Under the pieces are notes generated by a model. It saw only the letters and a program-made list of their open reading frames with translations. It searched no databases and had not been told where the DNA came from. From assembly GCF_006345805.1 (NCBI RefSeq), contig NC_043019.1, positions 17,607,360 to 17,671,359 of the forward strand: 64,000 bases of DNA, in the 5' to 3' direction. Origin of the DNA: Octopus sinensis (lineage: Eukaryota). A program made the translations under genes and the position numbers. Below, one piece after another: positions 53,805 to 64,000 of this stretch (its first letter is position 1; each line of letters begins with the position of its first letter).

Positions 53805-55140
53805 TTTTTTATTGGCCACAAGGGCTGACACACATGATTAGAAAACATAAAGGGACAAAACAGGTCCAAAGGTTACAAAGGGTTTTGTCTGTTTGTGAAA
53901 AAAAATCGTGTAAAAACAGTTTAACAACGAAAAATTTAACAAGGAAAAACTCCCAATAGGGGGAGGCACTTCAAAAGGTTCCTGGTGGAAAAAACCCCAT
54001 AAAAGCCAACGGGAGCCTTGTCAAAAAGCGGGGTAGAGAGTCCCTTTTCTCCTTTTATATTACCTTTTTGAATCACAGGCGAAACCTGAGAACTGGTCCA
54101 TTTATACTGGCCATTCTCGCACAATTCACCCACCTTTCAGAAAACTTGCTATCGGACAGCACTCTCCTCTCTAACCTCATCTTCCTTTTCAAGTGAAACT
54201 TGAAAAAGTTGATGAGGCCTTGACCAAAGAGGAAAGTGTCTGACTTTAGCCCTTTCAAACGGCTCCAAAATACCACCTCTTTCGCCACAGCCACTAGGCA
54301 CAAGAAAACGGCCTCACCCTCCTTGTTAAAGGAGGTCGGCGGGGCAATCTTCACTATGGATTCGGCCGATAGCCGGATCCGTCCTACACATGACAGTAGC
54401 TGTTCGACATAAACCCATAGTTCAACAATACTCGGGCACTGGACGAGTGCGTGCAGAATGGTTTCGTCATCCTGGCAACACCTCGGGCAGGCCCGGCTGA
54501 TGGCACTTCCGTGCCGGTAGAGTTTATCCCAAACAGGCAGAGCCCCTCGGTAGCACTGCCAGGCGAGCGACCTCTGGAAATTATCCATCGGCCCCGGCCC
54601 AAAAGTCCTTCTGAACAGACTGCTCAGTTCGTTATCATCAACGCCTAGAGTTTCCCCGAGAATGTTGTCGCATTTTTCCTCCACTAACCCTCTATAGAAC
54701 GCTAGAGTGGAGCTGAAACCGATCGCATTGTCCGCCTGGCGGAGGGCGGAGAGAGCTTGACGGCACTCGAGGTGCCAAGCGCCCTTTCTCAGTCTACGTT
54801 TGATCCAGGTCTGCAGCTCTTTCAAAGAGACGACCTGCGGAAAGTCGCGTCTGACAAAAGACAACCACACCTGTTCACCGTCTAGGAAACGCTTGAGATG
54901 TCGCAGCCTGAGCGCATGTCTGCGCATCAGCAACCACGGCATTCCAAGGCCTCCATTCAGCGGTCGTTGACAGCAAATGGATCGCCTGACCAGTGGCATC
55001 TGACCCTTCCACAAAAAGTCGAAGAGCAGGCGTACCAGCTTGGCCAACCAGCGGTCGGGACAAGGGACGACGGTTAAGCGGGAATAGATGACGGATGTGA
55101 TGTACGCATTCGCCACCTCCGCTCGACCTTTCAGGGACAA
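53805..55140 (-). mobile_element. 5'-truncated L1/Tx1-clade LINE (ORF2 C-terminus with CCHC knuckle + 3' UTR)
   Basis: Open 360-aa minus ORF 54073-55155: LKGRAEVAN..FLWKG..RPLNGGLGMP and CPRC..DETILHALVQC. It sits in (AAT)n-like flanks. Confidence 0.85.
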
Positions 55141-56449
55141 TAATAACAACAACATTGAAAAATACCTTAGGAATCAAACCTCAGGTTCAAAATTTTCTCA
55201 GGACATCCGATGAAGGCTGGAGGCTATATCAGGTGAAACGTTGTGTTAACAACAGTCAAGATGAGGACAAATATCCGTCAAATGTAAATAATGGATCCAA
55301 TTTGTTTGACTAAACCTTTCAAGACAGTGCCCCAGCATGGCTACAGCCCAAAGACTAAAACAAATAATAGATAAATGATAAGAGATAATATGTAGAAGTT
55401 TGGAAGGCTCTGCATTGGGTCCTAATACGGTTTGTGATGATAGATTTGCTGGATCAGGGGATGTGGTGATTTGTTGTACTTGATATGGCATGTGAAGCCA
55501 GGTAAAATTGCTGTCTTCCACACATACAGACTTGTCTCTTCAGGTGCTGTACCAGTGTTGCATAAACGTACCCATGCTGGTGGCATGTAAATGGCACCCA
55601 GCACCCTCTGTTAAGACATTAGGAAGGGCATCCAACCATGCCACAACAGACAGCTGGAGTCTGGACAGCTCCATGTCCAACTGTCCAACTGTCCAACCCA
55701 TGCCAGCATAGAAAGAGGACGCTAAATGATGATTATGATTATGATGATGTATAGATAACCCATAATGCCTGTCAAACTCTCTGGTTTGTTGATTACATAA
55801 TAATCAACCAATATCTAGCTTCACTGAAAACAAACAAGTGTTTGATGTTAGCTCATTACTCTTTTTATGGTGTTTCCGTTTTGCTTTCTTTTTTTACTGT
55901 TATCTGTTATAAGCAGTTTGTTTAATCTGTCTGTTGCTTGGATATATATATATTTATATAGATGGAATTAGAATTAAAATCATCTGTGAAGTGGATGACA
56001 AGTTATTTCAGATACTAATTGACACTTCTGTCACCAGCTGTATATCTAGTAAACATTTGAGGGTGGTGTTGTTTTCTTTCTGTTTTAAAAAAAATCTTAT
56101 ATAATCAGATACATCCAATTTGTTTACTATTTTAAGTTATATATATATATATATTTTCCCCTTTCTGAAGAGCTAGGCATTGATAGAGTTGGGTGTTTTG
56201 TTTGTTTTTGGCCTTTACGTGTCTTGTTTTGTTATGAGATCATCATCCAATAAAAATGAATCGACTTCTCTTCGTTAATTGTAAAATCACACAAAGTGGA
56301 TTCAGTCAGTTTGCTTCACTTTTCATTCATAACCTGAGTTGGCCTTAATCTCTCACTGCTTGTATGAAGTTATCAAAGAGTTTCAGATACATGCACAATC
56401 TTCTGAGGTATTTTAAAAACATTTTTAACTATATTATTTTAATTTTTAA

Positions 56450-56668
56450 CCCTTTAGCATTCAAACCGGCCATATCCGGTCAAAATATTTAACTGTTTTA
56501 TATTGAAACTGACCAGAGCTCGCCTCTCATCTCAGCCCTACCATGTCATTCTAAAACTAAAAAATCACATCACTGAAATCTCTAAACTACAAGATAATGT
56601 AGGATTAATTCAAAACAATATAAATAAACAAACATTACATTTGACAGAATAATCTGAACACTGAAGGG
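56450..56668. mobile_element. TTAA-flanked MITE (CCCTTTAGCATT..AAGGG family)
   Basis: TTAA at 56446-56449 and 56669-56672. Relatives lie at 59456-59658, ~4150-4795 (split by a SINE), ~29785-29990 and ~36049-36810. Confidence 0.75.
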
Positions 56669-57769
56669 TTAAATCTGTCTCTTTATTGTTGTTGTTATTA
56701 TCATGATGTCAAATTCTAGAATTTTGGATTTACTTGTACATTTCTCCAGATATTCCTTTCTTTGCTCATATTTCTGGCTCCATCCAACAACTCACTTCAG
56801 TTTTTGAATGTCTTGGTCAGAGGAGGAATTCACTTCTCTCGTTCACAATGTCGTCTAATGTTACAGCTCTGAATTTACAAGCTTAATGTTGATTATTGGT
56901 CAAGTACTATTGTGAAGATTAAAGTTAGTTGAATTAAGATGTGTTACATTCCACAAATGTATGCCTACGCCTTATATGTTTATTTAGCTATATCTGTCTG
57001 TCTGTCTGTCCATCCATCCATCTATCGATCTATGCGTGTGTGTGTGTGTGTGTGTGTATCAATACTAGTGAAGAGAAAGAGAAGAAACCACAACTTTTTG
57101 TTTACTTCTGGATGAAACTATATACGAAGATATCAATTGTTCTCATCAGACTGTATACTTATATATATTGAATAACCTGGTGGTAGTGCTGGGTATTAAG
57201 CTTAGTGACAGATTAAGTCTACCTCTCCAAATTAAACCTCCTCAGTTAAAAAGGTTAAAACTTTTTCTTCTCTTTGGAGAAGCAATGTGCATGTGTATAT
57301 TATTCCTTTTATGCCCATTGCTCCATGCTAGCATAGCTTAGATGGTTATATCATTGAGGCATTGGTTTACACCCAGATGCCCTTCTTGTTGCTGGCCGTA
57401 GTCTATTTTTCCAGTAACAGATCTCTTATTTTGCACATCATTGAAGCCATGAAGCAAGCGGATGATTTGTTGACAAGAAGTTACACCACTTGTTAGTGCA
57501 AATGTAAATGAATTAATGACAGCTTGATCCTAGTGCGTCTAGTGCCATTGAATCCTTACCAAAGCCAAAGTGTGCAAGTTTTTTTTCCTCTTTTATATAT
57601 ATAGATTATTAATTGCTTTTTTAACTACTTTTTTGATTTCTTTATGTTCGATTGAATTAACAGCCAACTTTTGCGCTCGTATGCACGCACACACAAACAC
57701 ACACACACACACACACACTTACACACACACTCATTGTCAGTGTTTGTTCTTGTCATTCGGCCGTCACTC

Positions 57770-58400
57770 ACACCGAAAGACGTCATCGAAAAACATGAGT
57801 TTTATCTCCATAAACTCTTTCGAAACAGCTTTCCGTGGTCAGAGTCACTGCTGAGAAGGTCTCAGAGTATTTTGGGAGGAGCAGCCAGTGCCTCAAGATG
57901 AACTTTGTCCCTGGAACAGCAGAGACCCGGAGTCTCCTCTCTCCACTTTTTCGTCCTGCAGTATTTGCAAACTTGATCCATCTGTCCAATAGAAACGTCG
58001 GCTTGACTCACGTAGTAATAAGTAGGATCATAGTTGAAACCCACCATCACGCCAAAATTTTGTTCTGGACGATGTTGTTGTTGTCTTCAACGTTGCTGGT
58101 CCTGCAAACGAATCTCCCTAGCCTCCTCATTCTCCGTCATACGGGTGAATCGATCTCTTTCACGCTGGGCAGAAAGACGTGATTCTCTGGCAGCAAGAGT
58201 CTCGCTTCTTCGTGATCACCTGGTGGATTGGGAGAAAGGGCAACGCTCACATGCCTCATTACTCTCTTCGATGCATGAAAGGGTTGAACTATCACTTGGT
58301 TCAGCAACAGGAAATTCCACTGATTGCGGAGTTTCCTCAGAAGGAAGACCCTGTAGAGACGGATAGCAGCGTTCAAAATAGTATAGCTAATGATTATTTG
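57770..58400 (-). mobile_element. Helitron Rep/Helicase N-terminal coding fragment (frameshifted)
   Basis: Minus-strand FNYDPTYYY..IGQMDQVCKYCRTKKWREETPGLCCSRDKVHL..PP..NSCFSMTSFG resembles the Cys-rich N-terminal region of animal Helitron RepHel proteins (FNYDP..IG.M..VC..C..CC..GKV.LP..FQMTSFG). Confidence 0.75.
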
Positions 58401-60156
58401 GTAAAGCCAATGTAATAGTAATAAATTGTATTTTTGGATAGTCAAGTCTGGTATACTTCTTAAATAAAAAAGAAACAGAAAAATCAAGTCATAATTCGAA
58501 CAAATTGTGTAATTAATTTTTTTTGATAAAGAATAAAATGTGTGACTTATAAGTAATAATTATTTTTAGTTTGACAGGAATGCATTCACTGCCATGACTT
58601 TAATGTTATGTATTAAAATAATTAAACGAAAATAAAGCAACGGCAAAATTAATGTGTTAAGTTTTAGCCATCACCTTGTATGCGTTCAATACCAAGATAA
58701 GCTGCAAATATTATGGATATTTGGTCGGCAGTCCAACAAAGAGTTATTTTACTAAACAAATTGTCCAAGAAAACATCGTAAATATTGACACAAACTCGAT
58801 TTTTCATGAATGTTTAACAGATTTGAATAATTAGGTTCTAATGTAAACATTGCAGCCACTGTTTTTATAGTATTAATCAAAGTGGCAACAATAGATTAGA
58901 TGCTAGAAATAGTAATGAATTGTATGTATAGAAATGTCTGGGTAATATTGTAAGTCAATGGAGATATCACATTTGCACATTTTAGGTTACTTGTAAAAGG
59001 GCCGTTTCATTTTAAATATTATGATTATGAAAAGATGCTGAACAGAAGAGTTTAAATGAAAAAAAAAAACCGAACCACAACATTGAGAGAATTTAGCCTA
59101 ATTGGGAAAGAGTAAACAAAAAGACTCAATCAGGGAAGGTATATAAAGTTTGATTTCTAGCAACATTGAATGAAAATGAATAGATCAGAGAAATTCCTTA
59201 GATTCATGTAGACAGCCAGGTTTCAAGTTTTGAATAACGGAATGGAAAAAGAATAATTTCAGCAATATTTCTACGAAAAAATATAAGATTTAGCTGCTAT
59301 TTCTACTAAATCTACCCATCATGTTGAGGCTCTTTCATTGGCTCATCTTTGATCAATTTTATCTACCTGTGAGAATTTGGAATGAAGTGAATTACCTTCT
59401 CCTAAGGTATATGTATGAGGAAAGAACTGAACCTCTGTCTGGAACAGGAGTTTAACCTTCTAGCATTTAAATTAACTATATCCAGCCAAAATATTCTGCT
59501 TGTTTTATGTTCAAAATGGCAATATCTGGCTTCTCACACCTACCCTACAATATCATTCTAAAAAATAAAATTACCTCATCAAAATGTCAAAGTCACAAGG
59601 TAACGCATGATTAATTCATAAACATTACTTTTGAGAGAATAATGTGAATGCTAAAGGGTTAATAACCCTTTCAGTACCAATACCCTTGAGAGTACCACTT
59701 GTTCTATGGTGTGAACTTAGGAATTTTAATGTGTTCGTATCTAAATGAGAACCTTGCATCATCATTTTTATCTAGGAATCTTTTGTTTTATTCCAAACAC
59801 AAAGTTATTTTACCTGGCCACTCCAAATTCTTGATTGTTTCCATAGTTGATTGAAAATTGTAGACACTTCATTAGAAATATGGTCTCAAGAGCATTCAGA
59901 TATTCGTCTCAAATTTTGATACAAGGTCAGCGATTTCAGTGAAGGGGTTAAGTCGATTATTTTGAACCCAGTTGTTTGACTGGTACTTACTTAATTGAAT
60001 CTGAAAGGACGAAACGTGAGGTCGACCGTGACAGAATTTAAATGTAAAGACAGATGAAATGCCGCTAAGCATTGTGCCTGGCATACTCATGATTCTGCCA
60101 GCTTGCCGCCTTCAAGAGCATTGAGCTGAAACACATAATATTGGACGGGAGAGACT

Positions 60157-60226
<70 letters not shown>

Positions 60227-60271
60227 ATCTGCAGTTGGTTGTTGCATTTATGACTGTTCATGAGTTTGGCA

Positions 60272-60602
60272 TCCCTCTATATATAAACGGCAAAATTTTT
60301 CAGCTAGAGGGTTCGCACTTTCTATGGTCATTCAAAACCGTCCAAGGGTGGTTGTGCACATCTTTACATTTTCCCAGTCACCCTGCAAAGCCATTAAAAA
60401 AATCAATAGAAGTGACTTTTTTGTGAATTTTCTATCCAAAACCCAGTCAAAATGCCCGAAACTTGATATGCTAATTGAATACCAGCTAGCTGTATGTGAT
60501 TGGTCGGAGATTTGGACAGTACTCGCGTGTATGTGTGCACGCACGCAGCTGTATATGCATGCACTAGCACTATGACCCGGCGTTGCCGGGTCATAGTGCT
60601 AG
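60272..60602 (+). mobile_element. Non-autonomous Helitron-like element (family H1)
   Basis: A|TC 5' end, perfect terminal palindrome ACTAGCACTATGACCCGGC-GTT-GCCGGGTCATAGTGCTAGT, CTAG|T 3' end and no TSD. These are Helitron hallmarks. Confidence 0.75.
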
Positions 60603-60789
60603 TAATTTTATAAAGCTTTCTCCATATTGGTCAGGTTTTTACACTCACCTGTACATCATACTGTCTCACATACACAATCACAAAATATACATATTGAAAA
60701 AGTTTATTTAGTCTCTGCATGTGGAAGCCTTAAGTGATTCTCTCTCTTCTATTGTGACACTTCTTCATTACTATTTCTGTGTGTTTCAG

Positions 60790-61066
60790 CTTCAAATATG
60801 GTTCTGAAGATGATAACTCTAGCATAACATCTGGTTCAGGATTTGGTGCCCAGAGTAGTCCACATTCAGCTTCACAGAACATGGCACAGCAACAACAGAC
60901 CTCTTTGCCATCGGCATCAATGCAGATCCCTACTGTAATCAATCAGCCTTCCCCATTTAACATTGAGACTTACCAACTGTTTGAGCAACATGATGCTAAT
61001 CGCAGAACTATTGAGAAACTCCAAGAGAAAGTACAGCGAATTATAGACGAATTTGACCCTTACAAG
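60790..61066 (+). CDS. TMCC: TMCC-family coding exon (277 nt, phase 2-0): FKYGSEDDNSSITSGS...RRTIEKLQEKVQRIIDEFDPYK
   Basis: TTTCAG acceptor (AG 60788-60789). KYGSEDDNSSITSGS matches the TMCC motif KYGSEEDCSSATSGS and is followed by the start of a coiled-coil-like segment. The first donor is AAG|GTAAGA at 61067. Confidence 0.92.
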
Positions 61067-64000
61067 GTAAGAAGTATTGACGAATTTGACCCTTACAAGG
61101 TAAGAAGTATTGACGAATTTGACCCTTACAAGGTAAGAAGTATAGGCGAATTTGACCCTTACAAGGTAAGAAGTATTGACGAATTTGACCCTTACAAGGT
61201 AAGAAGTATTGACGAATTTGACCCTTACAAGGTAAGAAGTATAGACGAATTTGACCCTTACAAGGTAAGAAGTATAGACGAATTTGACCCTTACAAGGTA
61301 AGAAGTATTGACGAATTTGACCCTTACAAGGTAAGAAGTATTGACGAATTTGACCCTTACAAGGTAAGAAGTATTGACGAATTTGACCCTTACAAGGTAA
61401 GAAGTATAGACGAATTTGACCCTTACAAGGTAAGAAGTATTGACGAATTTGACCCTTACAAGGTAGAAGTATTGACGAATTTGACCCTTACAAGGTAAGA
61501 AGTATAGACGAATTTGACCCTTACAAGGTAAGAAGTATTGACGAATTTGACCCTTACAAGGTAAGAAGTATAGACGAATTTGACCCTTACAAGATAAGAA
61601 GTATAGACGAATTTGACCCTTACAAGGTAAGAAGTATAGACGAATTTGACCCTTACAAGGTAAGAAGTATAGACGAATTTGACCCTTACAAGGTAAGAAG
61701 TATTGACGAATTTGACCCTTACAAGGTAAGAAGTATTGACGAATTTGACCCTTACAAGGTAAGAAGTATTGACGAATTTGACCCTTACAAGGTAAGAAGT
61801 ATTGACGAATTTGACCCTTACAAGGTAAGAAGTATAGACGAATTTGACCCTTACAAGGTAAGAAGTATAGACGAATTTGACCCTTACAAGGTAAGAAGTA
61901 TTGACGAATTTGACCCTTACAAGGTAAGAAGTATTGACGAATTTGACCCTTACAAGGTAAGAAGTATTGACGAATTTGACCCTTACAAGGTAAGAAGTAT
62001 AGACGAATTTGACCCTTACAAGGTAAGAATATAGACGAATTTGACCCTTACAAGGTAAGAAGTATAGAGACGAATTTGACCCTTACAAGGTAAGAAGTAT
62101 TGACGAATTTGACCCTTACAAGGTAAGAAGTATAGACGAATTTGACCCTTACAAGGTAAGAAGTATTGACGAATTTGACCCTTACAGGTAAGAAGTATAG
62201 ACGAATTTGACCCTTACAAGGTAAGAAGTATAGACGAATTTGACCCTTACAAGGTAAGAAGTATAGACGAATTTGACCCTTACAAGGTAAGAAGTATTGA
62301 CGAATTTGACCCTTACAAGGTAAGAAGTATAGACGAATTTGACCCATACAAGGTAAGAAGTATAGACGAATTTGACCCTTACAAGGTAAGAAGTATTGAC
62401 GATTTGACCCTTACAGGTAAGAAGTTTGACGAATTTGGCCCTTACAAGGTAAGAAGTATTGACGAATTTGACCCTTACAAGGTAAGAAGTATAAACGAAT
62501 TTGACCCTTACAAGGTAAGAAGTATAGACGATTTGACCCTTACAACGTAAGAAGTATTGATGAATTTGACCCTTACAAGGTAAGAAGTATAGACGAATTT
62601 GACCCTTTCAAGGTAAGAAGTATAGACGATTTGACCCTTACAAGGTAAGAAGTATTGACGAATTTGACCCTTACAAGGTAAGAAGTATAGACGAATTTGA
62701 CCCTTACAAGGTAAGAAGTATTGACGAATTTGACCCTTACAGGTAAGAAGTATAGACGAATTTGACCCTTACAAGGTAAGAAGTATAGACGAATTTGACC
62801 CTTACAAGGTAAGAGTATGACGAATTTGACCCTTACAAGGTAAGAAGTATTAGACGAATTTGACCCTTACAAGGTAAGAAGTATAGACGAATATGACCCT
62901 TACAAGGTAAGAAGTATAGACGAATTTGACCCTTACAAGGTAAGAAGTATAGACGAATTTGACCCTTACAAGGTAAGAAGTATAGACGAATTTGACCCTT
63001 ACAAGGTAAGAAGTATTGACGAATTTGACCCTTACAAGGTAAGAAGTATTGACGAATTTGACCCTTACAAGGTAAGAAGTATAGACGAATTTGACCCTTA
63101 CAAGGTAAGAAGTATAGACGAATTTGACCCTTACAAGGTAAGAAGTATAGACGAATTTGACCCTTACAAGGTAAGAAGTATAGACGAATTTGACCCTTAC
63201 AAGGTAAGAAGTATTGACGAATTTGACCCTTACAAGGTAAGAAGTATAGACGAATTTGACCCATACAAGGTAAGAAGTATAGACGAATTTGACCCTTACA
63301 AGGTAAGAAGTATTAACGAATTTGACCCTTACAAGGTAAGAAGTATAGACGAATTTGACCCTTACAAGGTAAGAAGTATTGACGAATTTGACCCTTACAA
63401 GGTAAGAAGTATTGACGAATTTGACCCTTACAAGGTAAGAAGTATTGACGAATTTGACCCTTACAAGGTAAGAAGTATAGACGAATTTGACCCTTACAAG
63501 GTAAGAAGTATAGACGAATTTGACCCTTACAAGGTAAGAAGTATTGACGAATTTGACCCTTACAAGGTAAGAAGTATTGACGAATTTGACCCTTACAAGG
63601 TAAGAAGTATAGACGAATTTGACCCTTACTAGGTAAGAAGTATTGACGAATTTGACCCTTACAAGGTAAGAAGTATAGACGAATTTGACCCTTACAAGGT
63701 AAGAAGTATTGACGATTTGACCCTTACAAGGTAAGAAGTATTGACGAATTTGACCCTTACAAGGTAAGAAGTATTGACGAATTTGACCCTTACAAGGTAA
63801 GATTTATAGACGAATTTGACCCTTACAAGGTAAGAAGTATTGACGAATTTGACCCTTACAAGGTAAGAAGTTAGACGAATTTGACCCTTACAAGGTAAGA
63901 AGTATTGACGATTTGACCCTTACAAGGTAAGAAGTATTGACGAATTTGACCCTTACAAGTAAGAAGTATTGACGAATTTGACCCTTACAAGGTAAGCAGT
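61043..64000 (+). repeat. 33-bp minisatellite built from the exon/intron junction, about 90 units, running off the window end
   Basis: The unit AT(A/T)GACGAATTTGACCCTTACAAG|GTAAGAAGT repeats continuously. 2958 bp / 33 gives about 90 units. Scattered 1-nt indels and substitutions are present. Confidence 0.97.

Noticed and set aside
60779-61498. Standalone 239-aa gene as given by the ORF track
   Set aside because: The start is a GTG inside the acceptor region. The real feature is an internal exon beginning at 60790, read through into the repeat.
62048-63264. Minus-strand ORFs (GQIRLYFLPCK)n
   Set aside because: These are antisense readings of the 33-bp repeat, open only because the unit length is a multiple of 3.
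61043-64000. CRISPR array
   Set aside because: The units are contiguous with no unique spacers, the context is eukaryotic, and the unit derives from an exon-intron junction.

Overview
This is AT-rich, microsatellite-dense eukaryotic DNA. The SINE/MITE/RTE repeat landscape looks like an octopod cephalopod genome, which is an inference from repeat style and not a database result. The window lies inside one + strand gene of the TMCC/TEX28 family (transmembrane and coiled-coil domain protein, Drosophila Dementin-like). Four in-phase exons at 11116-11148, 30073-30152, 50011-50074 and 60790-61066 splice to [44 protein letters not shown]...-FKYGSEDDNSSITSGS...DEFDPYK. Candidate in-frame micro-exons lie at 37237-37302 and 37345-37368. 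The long introns contain tRNA-type SINEs, mariner, Penelope, RTE, R4/Dong, L1/Tx1 and Helitron remnants, TTAA MITEs, long hairpins and simple repeats. The most striking feature starts at 61043: the exon-intron junction itself (24 exonic + 9 intronic nt, a 33-nt unit encoding IDEFDPYKVRS) is tandemly amplified about 90 times to the window edge. This creates an array of AAG|GTAAGA splice donors, and the first 12 are in frame with the protein.
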